A DNA stretch of 64,000 nucleotides, taken from Klebsormidium nitens (lineage: Eukaryota > Plantae > Klebsormidiophyceae). The notes under the pieces were generated by a model. It saw nothing but the letters and a program-made list of their open reading frames with translations. It had not been told where the DNA came from and ran no database searches. Made by a program: the position numbers and the translations under genes. Positions 11,458 through 24,048 of the stretch are shown piece by piece (within the stretch, counting starts at the first letter, position 1; every line of letters begins with the position of its first letter). The stretch lies in assembly GCA_000708835.1 (NCBI GenBank), contig DF237143.1, positions 1 through 64,000 on the forward strand, read 5' to 3'.

Positions 11458-12981
11458 GGAGCTACCAAACCTTGTTCACCACTTCCCGCTTCGAATGGAA
11501 GATGCAGGTCCAGAACCTTTCGTGCCACAAACTTCACCAACAACTTTTTCATTCGCAACTTTCCAAAGAGTGGCACATCTTCAACCCCAGTTTGGAACAG
11601 GGCCGGCTCCTGTTCTCCCAAGGCAGATTCACGTGTAAGAAGGATGATGAGGTGGTCTTCAGAGAGCACGTAATGGGCAGTGGTGGAGACTGGAGTGGTG
11701 GTGGCAATGTTGACAATGGCGTCGCTGTTCCAACCAAATGTCTAGAGCTGGAAATGCACGGTGCACTGGCATGGCAGGGTGCATGGTGGTGGCATGGTCA
11801 ATGTAACCTACCAACGTTGACCCGTGGCTAGGAAGAGAAAGCGGCTGTCGCCAGTGCTTCAACTGGCTGGTCGCGAAGTTCTTGCCTGGCTTGACCAAAC
11901 CATTGGCACCGGGGTTTCCTGGAATTTGACAGACTTCGGCATTGCAAAAGTCATGCCTGGAATTTGGAAAAGAAGCCCCAGCAGTGAACAGGGGGGAGCT
12001 ATCAGGGCGCTTGCAGTTGTACGAACTGTTTGAGCCTTTCAGTGCCCTTGTTGGCTTTGATTCCCGCTGATTTGTTTTTCTTAGCTTGCCACTGTCTTTT
12101 CTTGCACGTGCGTTTGTCCTGGCCCAACATATTTCTGGTCTAATTGCTCAAAGTTGGGGCGCAAGGTTGGCCAGATGGGCGGTGTCAAGACCGCCTGCAC
12201 GGAGCGCTTTCAGTTTCTGGACCCAAGCAGCTTCTCTGGTAGTCGGCAGCATGTTTCTCATGACAGAAGACCTGCCGGGCTCAGTACTTTGCATTCATGG
12301 AGGGGTGAGATAAGTCTCTTAGCTAGGCTGCGGACGTTGCGGCGCTGTGGTACGCAAATTCGACCAGCTTTCAGGACCTCAAAACAAAGTCGTTGTCGCC
12401 CCCCGGTTGGTTCTCACATCCAACAGCGATGGCCAGCATTGTCAGCGGATCACAGCCTGGGCCACGCGGTGAGAGTCTCGGGGGGCGCTGAAACAATTAG
12501 GCCCTTTTGATGTATCAATGATCTGCTTTATGAACACACAGACCAGGCCAGGAGATTTTGAGGGTTTGGTCGTAAGTTCTTGATGATGTTGAAAGACTGC
12601 GACTGGTCGTGGGGCATGTTTTTCCTTTTGTGGATGCCCCTGTTCTCTGGTTCTTGTGGCCCATGCGGTCTCCAGACATATCATGTCTACGCGTGAACGT
12701 CTGCTCACCGCTCACAGCTGGCATGTCTATCTGCGCAGCCCCTCCCTACTCGCTTCTTTACCAGACAAACAACAGCTGACAGGACACCCGCTGTGCCTGG
12801 CCGCAGGTGATGCCCCTTCCTGCCATGCCTCCTCAATCCGTTAAATTGTTTAAGATCTTACAGTATGATGAAACGTTCTCCATAGGTCCCTTTTAACGGT
12901 TCAGAATTGTTAGATTACGCTCAAGTGTCACGTCAAGGGATGCAATCTCGGACTGCTATCAATGTCAACGAGTAGAGCCAA

Positions 12982-15168
12982 ATGTTCATATTCCGAAACC
13001 TCCTGTCATGTCTTCCTCTGGCTTGCACTGACACTGCCCCACTCTCTCTCACTAGGCAGAGACAGGCACGGCGAGTACGGTGTCAAGCAGCTCCAAAAAT
13101 TGCCAACCTCACAGCGTCCAGGACCATGGCGGTGCCCCTGCCAGTTCACACCGACAGCGAGGGCCGCCCCCGGAAGCTGAGCGAGTTTCTGAAGCTGCCG
13201 GTGGGGCGGGAGTCGATGCTCAAGGGGCAGTCGTGCAAAAAGAGGGAGCTCATTGGGGACAATACCTTCAGGTTGGCGCCGCGCCCCTGTGTCGTCTTTG
13301 TCGCATAGTTTGGGCCTTTGTTACAATTTCAAAGTCAAACCTGGCGCTTTCAACCCTGATTAGAGCAATCTGAGCAGCTTTTTCTCGCTCAGAAGTAGTT
13401 CGAGAAGATAAAAACTCGATGCCGCACGCCTAAAGATTGAAGAAGTTCTGGACAGGAACCAGACACCCCAAAGGCCGTTAAAGCTCATAGTGCCCTTCTT
13501 GAGGCAGCATGGTGTCTAGATCGTCCTTCAGATTCCTGAGTAGCTTCATGAAGCGAAAAACAGATCCTGAAAAGCATAGCCGTCAGGACCGGACGTTGGT
13601 ACGATGGGCCCTACTCAAGACGGTCAAGAAGCTGACAAGTCTCCGCTGCAGGGACTTCGTAAGAGAGCTGGCGTTCTCCAAACGTGTGAAGAACCGGAAT
13701 CCAGGTTGACGGCCAATGAGGAGAGGGGCGTGATCTTGATGAGCTTTTTGCACATTTATCCTGGTTTGTCGGGCAATACGAGTACAGGACCGTGCAGATT
13801 TGGAACCTGTATGAAGGGCTCCCCCTGTATGAAGGGCTTTTCAATGCTGCCGAAAACCACCATTCGAAATGGTATTGAAGAGCTTGGCTTCTTCATTCGA
13901 CAAGGCCAGGAAAGGTCCCGGGTTTCTGCATGCAGTCCGTTGCTTGCGCTCGTTTCAAACAGCCTTCGAAGGCACGTTTCTTTGGAAACTCTGAATTGTC
14001 TCTCCGTGAGGTAGACTAGTCAAGCAGAGGGTATAAGCTTCGGACTTCTTTCATGAAGCGTTTCAGAGCCCCTTCTTCGTACCCCTCCATAATTAGCGTG
14101 GCTTTCCGTCTCCTATTCTTTCCTATTGGCTTCCGGTTTCTACGGAGCCTCGAGGGCTCTCTCTTAGGCAGCTCACTCTCATGTGACTCAGCGCGTCAGG
14201 TCCTGCAACCTCGCTCGCTGCCCTGCACGCCAATTGCACCGGTTCTTCCGCTGCAGGTGCTACCTGCGGAGCATCGAAGCCTTCAAGTTTTCAGTCGCCC
14301 CGGTTATCGACGTCCGGGTGACATCCACAGACGACACGTGTACGGTCGAGATGCTGCAGTGCCGCTTCCTTGGTTCCGAAGCGGTCGAGCGGCAAAGCGA
14401 GCGGTTCTCGGCGACCTTTAAGAACCACATCGACTGGCGGGAAAGCGGGGAAGCCGAATCAGAGGAAGAAAGTGGAAAGTGTAGAAACGGAGAAGACGAA
14501 GATCTTGCCGGGAATGGGGCGGCGGAGCCATTGCTGCGGAATGACATACAGCTAGACCTCGCGCTTGAGGTTTTCACGCCGCCCTTTACGATGCTCCCAA
14601 TCGCGGCCGTCGAGCGTCCCGGGAGCGCGTGAGCTGCGCAATCCGTTCTCTGAAATGATTTATATTTCATCAAAGACGAGTGCACCTCCGACTGCTGCGA
14701 TCAGTGGAACTCTCCTGACGTGTCATAGAACTTCAGAGCTAATCTCGAGTGCCCAAACATGGGTGCCAAAATGCCTTCACGTGCGAAGCTTAGACTGTGG
14801 TCTTCGATCTCGGGTTTCTTTGACCTGTGCAAAATGCGGAATTTTGCTTCTACGTTTCCAAGCAAATATGAAGCAGATGTTTGGCCAGCACAACAGGCTT
14901 GCCTGTTGTACGCCCATCATGTGGTGCTTTGTACCTGTTTTGCGGCTCTCGGAACGAAGTTTCTCTACTGACCCCCTGATGGATGGACGATATTTCTTGC
15001 AGATTTTTGCAAGCTCTGTTGGATCGAGTTGCGCCCGCATTCGTAAGTTCACTGTTAGCAGATTACGAGGCCTGGGCAAAAGGGGAGCTGGAGGAGACGG
15101 ACACCTTGTCTACGGACCATTTAGAAAGACACGAAGAACATGATGCTGTGAATTCGAGAAAGCAATAA
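12982..15168 (+). CDS. DUF1997-family protein, probably plastid-targeted; exons ~12982-13271, 14257-14628, 15003-15168; 5' end uncertain
   Basis: The sequence DNTFR|CYLRSIEAFKFSVAPVIDVRV...VEMLQCRFLGSEAV...LDLALEV...PFTMLP...VERPGS|...LQALLDRVAPAFVSSLLADYEAW resembles plant DUF1997 proteins. Both phase-2 junctions are consistent. Confidence 0.75.
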
Positions 15169-16277
15169 CATTTGAAAGACGGAAGTTTCGAGGAGATCTA
15201 GGTGTGCCATTCGTAGTGCATTGCAACTGATTGGATGTGTTGATTGCAGTGGACAAGTCGTCATTCGTCTAGTTTGTAGTTGACTGGACAAGCAATTTCC
15301 ATGGGAAGTGCAGATATTGCGTGGTTCTGTTTTCGATAAGGATCAGCTATCGACTCGACTGATCGACAGTATTGATTGATGCATTATAAGAACAGCAAGT
15401 TTCATGACATCAAAAGCAATATACGCGCTTGCTGTGGCATCGTGGCGCGCAAAACAAGGCGGTTCGGTTGGTACATGTACGTGTTGGACGTAATTAAGTG
15501 TTTTCAATGTGTAAGCAATCTGGCGCATGTACCAAATCGACATGCGTTGGCCATCGCTGAGCGGAATTAATTGAATAATCCATGTGCACGTGAATAATTA
15601 CAGCTATACATGCATGTATACGTATAATTATGTGCACACATAGGTACCGGTATATGTGCGCGCCGCGATACACGATCGAGTACGTGACAATGACAAGGGC
15701 AGGTTTAAGGATTTGAGGGTCGAGTTGTGACACACGGGATCGTTAAAGTACACGCGTGACCCTATCGTTGCCCAGGCTATATACTATATCGCATAGGAGC
15801 CTTGCCTTGCTGCGCCTCGTACGCACACCACTGACTTCCATGCAAGAGCTCACGTGTGCTATGCCAAGCTTGCTTAGGAATTGATCGTGCCATATCCTCA
15901 GATCTACGGCCGCATCTTGATGATTTGACCTCTTGTTTCTTATACACATCGGTACTTCTGCCCGGCCGGGCCACGCCAGCCGACGCCTATAGTGGACTCA
16001 GATTGTAGTCTGATAGGCATACCGCTTTCAAGTTTCAGTTTGTACTACATGCTCTGGTACGTTCCAAGCTTGGAGGTCGGATCCAGGCCCGTGTGCGCTC
16101 GCTGTAGGTGGCCAGTTTGTTGATCGACCAACTTTGACAAAATCACTTTAGATCACAGGCTGACGGCTTGGAGCCAAGTGCCAATTGCCGTAACACCAGA
16201 GGATTAGCTAGCTCATGACATGTCATCAAGGAGCCTGAGGCTTGCCCGTACGGTGGTTTGACAACCAGTATAATACT

Positions 16278-19225
16278 TTATCGAATGTCAAATCCATCCC
16301 CTGTCCACTCACTTTTGGAATTCGCATCGGCTTCCAAGTTTCGTCGGCTTTTCACCAATGTCGCCGTGCTTTTCCCCCCTCGTGGCGCTTGCGTGGCTCG
16401 TACATTCGACAATCTTGGCTGTCCTTTGAGAGCCGTTGGTTGCTTTATCGATGGTTCTTCTTCTGAGGTTTTGGAACTTGGATTGGCTCTAATTGAATCT
16501 TGTACATGACTTGAATGATTGTGTACCGGACTCTCCCTACCTTTACTGGATTCTGTAGGTGTAGCTGTACTTCTATCTGAGGCTTTCGGTGGCAGTTCCG
16601 CCTGCTGGGTTTCCGAACTCTTATTGCCATCTTGCGATGAAGCTTGAAGAAGCGAGTGCGCTCCTCCGCTAAGGAGCTCCAAACGCCGGGTCAGTTGTTC
16701 AAGCCGTTCGAGCTGGGAGGAAGCTGTCTCCTGAACCTGCACCGCACCAAACAAGATATTGACAACCACCTCGAGCCTCCTACAGATCGAAGGCAACAAT
16801 TGTGTGGCAACAATAAGTGAAATAACCGCAGGTAAGTCATGACTTAAGCATCTCTCCAAGATGCGAATATTGGTTGGCAAAAGGTTTTAGGAGACCCTGC
16901 ATCAGGTCACCCTTGTCCTTGTACTAGTAGGAACTTGAGATTGGTAAAAACAAGGTGGCTTCTCTCCAAAATCGACCACTGTACTTCAAAGAGTGCGATC
17001 TGGTTCTGAGTAGGACAGTTGGCTCTCACTAGCGCTTGCAGCTCATTGGACAGCTTCTCCTTTTCTTGCTCCTCAGCACGCGCTATTTGTACGGCATCCT
17101 CGTAAGCCTGTGAAGGGGCACAGATTCAACCGACACATGAACGAGGATACAGGAAACTAGACGTCCCTAATCGTTGCTGTTGCGTATGACAGGCTTAATC
17201 CGAGTTGTGCCCCGAGAGTCTTAAGACATGTGGAAGAGGGCGCTGAAAGACACGCCCCACCTTCGGCACCCAAGAAAGCTGTAAACTGGTAATCCGCTCG
17301 TCCCACAGAGTCCACCAGAGTTTTGGCTTGCAATCTTGAAGCTAAATTTACTAAGTTGTTGATGCTTCACAGACCGGCAGGCTCCAAAAGAGGTCAAAGG
17401 GCTGACTGTTCACTCTCGCCTTATGCATCTGTGACATGATTCGAGAGTGCACATCGGAACACTCACCTTCTTTGTTTGTACTTCTTTTGCTTTTGCTTGC
17501 GAGGTCCTCTCGCCTTGTTGTTCGATCTTCTTGCGAAGAAACTCCAAAGCTGAACAAGGACCAAGAAGAAAGGTCAGAGGCAGGACTTGCAATTGCCAGT
17601 TACACTGCATGAATGAGCTAACAAAGAGCTGACTTCCAGTTTGATACAGATCTTTAACTTGGTATCGAAAGGGCAGAAGTGCTTACCTTGTTTTCTTGGG
17701 TTTACAGTCTGTTTGGCTTCCATCTAGCACACAAGAAACATGGGTCAAGCAGCAGACCTTTGCGAATGCGGCCTGAGAACGGGATGCAAGAAGGGCAGAA
17801 CATAAGGCCTAGTTCATACAGAGCAAACAGCCCCCAGTACAATCTGAAGCTGAATTCCGAACAAGGCCCCCCAATTAGTAGCGGTCCAAGGTAGTATGTA
17901 GGTGGGTGCCCCAATGCGATGCGTTCTTCGTACATGCAGTATCAAGTGAAGCTCCCTTTCTGGCTTCTCGATTTCAATCACTTCTACACAGGGGCGATGC
18001 TGTCAACATCTGTCCTACCACCAAAGAAAAAGTAGCTTCTTTGTCAGCCTTACCTGCAGAGCCGCCAATTCAGCCTCCACTTGTTGAATCTCTTTCTGTC
18101 GGTCAAGGATCTGCCCATAATTAGCCTCAATGAATTTCCGTATCTGCTCTTGCTTTGCCCTGAGAATCTGCATTTCAGCGGAGAGGATGTCAGGACACTT
18201 CTGAGATCTACGTGAACCTGAGATGCTCTGCAGGTGGGCGTGTCAGCATGGGTGGTGTAACAAAGGAGTAGTACTGGTGGAACAGGCACTGTTCAGAAGC
18301 AATTCAAAAACTTCTCTTAGCATTCTGCCAGCTTGTATGGACGTAACATCTCTGCTCACCTCTTCACTCTGCAGAATTCGAGACTCCATTGTGACTGCTT
18401 TTCCAGTGTTGGTCGCCATGGTCCCTCCTGCTATTTCTCAGATTAATTGGAGCTATGTCACAGCGGCTTGAACCAGCAGTTTTCCAGCAGGATGACAGCT
18501 CAATGGAAGAATTGACGATCTGAAGGCTTCCTTGAGAAGGTTATCTCATTCGTTTCACTGCGCGCCCCCCTTCTTTTTCAAAGCTAAGTATCTATTCTGC
18601 CAACCAGTCACAGATCATGTCCTGGCATTAAAGGAGCACTTCGTCGCATTCCTGTATCGATGAAAAGCTACAGAATGACAGGCGCTCTCCTCATCCCTAT
18701 TGTTAATGACGTGCTTTTTTGGATCGAGCAGTGCAAACACATCTGCTAGGACGTACCCTGAATCAGCTCACCCAACAAACTGGAGAACCTGTCATGGCTC
18801 ATACTCATAAGATGCAGCCTAACCAGTTGCTCGAATTTCAACCATTGCAAACACACAGGTGCTGCTGAGGTGCACAGTGCACACAGCTCTTCTGCATTGC
18901 AATGTTCAGGATCTCCTGCTGCTGCATCTGATGCGTTGGCGCCAGGGCCACAGCTTGTAGCCCTTGCACAATGTTTATGCCAATTTGCCGAACCAAAATG
19001 TGGCACTGAGTAGCGATGCTAGGCCCAGGGCCTACTGGTAAGATGTCCCAATAAATGTTGAATATTTGCCTTCCTGCTAAATAGCTTATGAGGTGCCTGA
19101 GTAGATAAGGGGTTAAATTTGCACTCCGGTTTTATATGCTCGATGCAAGCCGTCCGAGGAAACAAGGCTGTCTGAAAGAGGCGGCAGAGATTGTCACACG
19201 CATATGCGCACCTAGAAACAGACAT
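16278..19225 (-). CDS. Coiled-coil protein with a DUF662/RAB6-interacting-golgin-like segment; 8 exons (19225-19212, 18788-18772, 18427-18360, 18110-18054, 17723-17687, 17549-17467, 17107-17030, 16736-16278), ~270 aa
   Basis: The in-phase GT-AG chain gives ...ILDRQKEIQQVEAELAALQMEAKQTVNPRKQALEFLRKKIEQ...KAYEDAV...EKLSNELQALVQETASSQLERLEQLTRRLE, followed by a low-complexity tail. The family call is from memory. The two 5' mini-exons are less secure. Confidence 0.68.
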
Positions 19226-19593
19226 ATTCGTGCCGACTATGTGCGAGAACTTGAAGCGTTCCCCCTCAAGTTGTACGCTGGCCTTCAAATATGCCCTTCA
19301 GGGAGGCCTTCATAGATGTTTCAAAGATGGTTCAAAGGAACAGCTACTGAAGCAGCAGCAGCAGCAAACAGAGCGCTAGCTAGTTGCAACTGACTGCATC
19401 CAGGTGGAAAGCAGGGAGGGAGGTGATGCGGGAAGGCCCAGCTAGATCCATCACCGTTGATTCTAGAAAGTGCAGGCGAATGCCTAGGGCCTTCTGCTAA
19501 GAGTCAGACTTAATTAGGCTGAATCTTCAGATTGCTTTGCAAAGCTTGCAAAAAGACTAGTGCGCTGCGGGCTTGGGAGGGTTTTCTCCAACA

Positions 19594-22095
19594 ATGGGGT
19601 GCCGAAGTTGCTTGCAATGCATCCTGAAGCTCAACAATTTTCTGCTGGCAATTGTTGGGGCCTTGCTGATCGCCTACTCGCTGTGGTAGGTGAAGGCACT
19701 CTGGATTTCATGCTCTTTCTGCAGACTTGTGTTCGGTAGCTGCTGGGCAGAGTCTTGTGTGTGGAGGACTTCTGATGGAGACGCGCCTGCGCCTGCATGC
19801 TTCTGTCAGGATCATTCTCTATATTGGAAGGGGACAAGAAGCAGCTCGCTTGGGACGTATGCTGATAATAGGTATTGTGAGCATGCACCTGTGATTGTGG
19901 CAACCTTATTGGCGAAGGGGAACACTGATCGGAAGACTATCTAAGACCTGCTTGTCAAGAAACATCCTGAAGTGATTCAAATGCCATATCGTGATTTGTC
20001 AAATTCTCGTACGGGCCTGTAAGTTTATTTCGTGTGCTATCAATGGTGGCATTGCTCTGATGTCGCTCCTGCTAATCCCGCCTGTTCAGGATGCTCAACG
20101 AGTACTCCGCACACCATCCTGGCGCCCCAGCCCCTGCACCATACTATGCCTCTCTTGAGCTACCCCATGGGCAGGCCTCCGGTGTAGTTCTTGGCCGGGC
20201 CATTTTTGAGGAACCAGCTCTGGTCCACAGCCACTGGCATTGGCCAGACCTCTCCAAATGGCGCCTACCTGCACCATGGTAAGGCCGCTTGGTAGAGGAA
20301 ACTCATCATGGATATTGCGCTCGAGTACACCTTGCCTACAGGTCTTGCTATCATTCCGCACGCTTGAGTTGAGATGTGCATGCCATTGGGCTGGCCTCGA
20401 GCATGCGGACTGCTGTCGTTGTGGTTCACGACTGGTTGCGCAAACAGTTTCGGTTGCAAGTACCCGCAGCATTGGCACCAAGGAGGTAGCTTTATCAATC
20501 CTGAAGTCTGATTTCTCCAACAGGCTTATCTATCAAAGAGGTATTCATCCTTTGCCAAATGAGTAAAGAACATGCATCGCCCAGCTTGCAAATCCACGTC
20601 CGTCACAACAGGACAACACCTTTGAATTAGCAGCAATGGCAGTTCCCTCAGACCTTGCACGTTCAATCGGGCCTTCATGTGGTCCTCTCCCTGAAGCATG
20701 TGCTTGTTCCCCCAGGTTCATCTACGGCACACTGGCGCTCGGCATCTTCACTACCCTCACCTCATGCACGGGCCTGATCGGCGCCGAGTCGGGCAGCCGC
20801 GTGTGCCTCTCCTGCTACAACCTGGGCCTGCTGCTGCTCGTTGGCGGGCAGGTGATTGCGGGCGCGCTCATCTACTTTGACCGCAGCTGGGAGGAGGACA
20901 TCCCGCGCGACCCCACCGGCCAGCTGGACAAGGCGCGCCGCTTTGTGGGCACCAACCGCGACCTCGCCAAGATCGCCGGCTGCGCCGTGCTTGCCATTGA
21001 GGTGAGGGACACTGCTTTATGCGGCGCCCACGCCGATTGATGTCCTTCATTTCGTTGCTAGCACGTCTCATGTGTTCTTCTGCTTTATGTTCTTACCTGG
21101 GTCCGACCAATAACTCCCAAGAAACAGCCAGACGTGCTTCTGCATGAAGTCCTGCTTCACTACGGCCGTCCCACTTCTTACGTGCCGACAACTTCCAATC
21201 ATTGGGCCTTTCCCCCCAGGATCTTGCTGACAGGGAATGTTGCTGCAGGTGCAGGAGAACCCAACGTTTTGCTTGGAAGTACACCGTCCTCCGTCCTTTA
21301 TTCTGTCATGGTTCTACCGTCGTCACTTCGTATGACCATGTCAGCAGGGAGACGCTAATGATGTCAGCGTAAAGTAAAGCTTGCTGTAGAAAGGTTTCTT
21401 CAGGAACATCCGTCCCCCTGCCGCAGGTGGTGGGGTGGGTTCTTTCCATGGTCCTGCGCGCCCTGCTCCCCTCCCGCCGCCAGCCCTACTACGACTCGGA
21501 CGACGACTACGCCCCCGCAGCGCGCGCCCCGCTGCTGCCGCGCAACGCCGCGACGGGCCCAGCAGGTGCAGCTGGCGGTACTGCTGCTCCGGCTCGCAGG
21601 AACGACCAATGGAGCTCCCGCATGAAGGCCAAGGTGCGCGCACAGAGCGCCTTGATAGGGGATGACTGAAGCAATAGTCCGTCAGCATTGCACGATAGCC
21701 TATGTTGCACACAAGCTGCAGACTTGAGCCACTGCTCGCCCATCATCGGGGCGCTGGAAGATTCACTTCGATACTTACATTGTTCTTTAGAAGTCCGCCA
21801 CAGTGGAACCATCCGATATGACGATTCAACCTCGGTTTTTCGTCCATTGTATTGTCTCCACAAGAGGATTTTTAAGCATCAGATACACCACGGCGGCCGC
21901 ACAGCAGAAACGGTTCATCTAAATCGACGGCTGATGCTGGCTGACCCTGCTGTCGTCGTTGCGCAGTACGGCCTGGATACCGCCGAGCTTGCCAACGACC
22001 CCGCGCGGCCCCGCACCGCAGCCTCACAAAGCGGTGCCGCTGAGGGCGCGGCCGTAGAGGCGCCCGCGGCCGGCAGCCGGTGCAGCATCCTTTGA
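19594..22095 (+). CDS. TOM2A: TOM2A-like tetraspanin-family membrane protein; exons 19594-19685, 20090-20278, 20716-21001, 21427-21632, 21967-22095
   Basis: MGCRSCLQCILKLNNFLL, PWFIY, CLSCYN, FDRSWEEDIPRDPTG, YDSDDDY and WSSRMKAK|YGLDT match the plant TOM2A layout. The protein ends in the CaaX motif CSIL. Confidence 0.92.
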
Positions 22096-22815
22096 AGCGA
22101 GGCCGGACCCCACCCCGAAGCGGAGGAGACCCCCGAGGCCAAAAAGTTGCAGCTGCAGCCGCTGGTCGGGGAAGCGCGGCCGTGAGGGGGGCGAGCCCCA
22201 AGGGTTACGTAAGCTCTTTGATGAGGCAAGAGGGAGTTTGCGAGGGGCAGGGGTGGAGGTCCGGGCTTCTGCACTTTTGGAGCGAGGTCCACGTATCACC
22301 GCCAATCAGCAATGCGGCAGGTAGTGCTACAGGTAATACGAGCAGGTTATAGGACAATGTACAGACGGTTCCAGTCTATACCAGTCTAGTTTATGGTTTC
22401 TGTTTCAATCAGTTGCTGCTTTCATGTAAGACGTATATATGGTTAGAACTCTCTCTGCACCTGGATAATCAGACCATTGTAACACATATCTCTCAAGCCC
22501 GCATGTTTTGTTCGAACTTTTTCCATGCCCATTGCGCTTTCCTGTTGGAAAGCTAGCATGGAGTCCCTCGCCTTTTCCTGCAACTGGTTTGAGTCCTGGT
22601 TTGAGGCAGCGTGTTCCATGGGACGGTTGCATGCTGTGCAGTGATTTGACGTATATGTCATCTTATCTAGCCGACTCTCGATGTTGACGTTCTTCCGGAC
22701 ATTTGCATGGCGACGGCGCCACATGTACATGCAACCGCGGCCATGCGCCGCCCCGGATGACATGCACATGCCCAAAGAATGTGCATCAATATGTAACTTA
22801 GTATAGCGGCGCGGA

Positions 22816-22908
22816 GCATGGCTAGAGCTTATACACGCATTGCATGTGCATGGGCGCGGAGCCTGCGCATGGCTAGAGCTTATACGTATGCATTGCATGT
22901 GCATGGGC
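22816..22908. repeat. Short tandem duplication (~40 bp x2)
   Basis: gcatggctagagcttatac...gcattgcatgtgcatgggc occurs at 22816-22855 and 22867-22908. Confidence 0.85.
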
Positions 22909-24048
22909 AAGACGGAACGGTAATTGTCACGTTTATTTTTCGTAGATCGGTTGTATAGAGACCCGGCATGTATGAACGAGATCACAAATTAATCATTCAT
23001 GCAAGCCACATCATGGTGTCAGTGATCGACGGATATTGCTGCACTGAGCCTGCACGTTCCATGTAAGATTTCATAAGCTTAAGCGGGACACGCGTACGGG
23101 AGGGCCGTTGGATATACATGGCCCGGCCCGCGGCCAATATGGAAACTCGCAATATGCAGCATGCATGCCGCCGTGCTTAGTAAGTCGATCTTTACCATAC
23201 TACACCGGCTATAGTATATCATGCATAGCATTTGCTGCACTTGAACTTAATCAGTCAATGTATCTGAGCGTTATTTTGTTGACGGCGGTTTCACTTGTGA
23301 CGAGCCAGATCGTCCAGAACCAAGGTCGCGCAAAATTTTGACAATTGATCTTTGTGCCCAAGCAGATGTATAAGTACTCTCCCATTAGGTGGTTGGCGTG
23401 CGAGTGCCAGACACGCATGATGATCCAATCAACATGTTAAAAGGTGTCCAATGAGGCAAGCACCAGACTTTGGTTCTACATGTACCGCTGTCAACTGCAT
23501 GAATCTGATCAGGCGAACAGAATATCATTGGCCCAGCTTGCTGACAAGCGTTCAACACTGACAAGCAAATGCCACCTGGAGGATCGCATTCCTTGCAGCA
23601 TTTGAATTGCCCTCTCATGTTCGCCAGACACCACTAGCAATGTAGGATCATCGGAAAGGCATGTTCCGAACCTCCACAACTGGTCGATTGAATTGCTGGG
23701 CGATATCAGTTGGTGTTTGGATCTGCAAGGACCATACGGGTGAAGTGAAATATCAAGTAACAAAACCCTTTATAGCAAGAAAGCCTAATTGTTTGAATAG
23801 GAAAGCAGGCCCGGGCTTCAAACCTAAACCAATTTCTCAAAGTAGAATCTGACAAAGGAAAGTTTGGATATAGGAATCTTGACAAAGAAGCTCTGAGATT
23901 TGGAAATAAAAGTCCATCTCTGGAAGAGAAACCAGTATGCCGTACTGAGCTGCTCCCTCCTTTGATAATCGGTAAAAAAATTATCATCACGAGCGTCGCC
24001 TGGAAATTTCGCAACTTCCAAGCTGGGGAGACCATGACCACCCTATAC

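Noticed and set aside
10871-11831. Possible transposase or other gene from the ORFs around 10.9-11.8 kb
   Set aside because: RRP41 exons 1-2, their introns and the upstream spacer explain the region, and no DDE motif is present.
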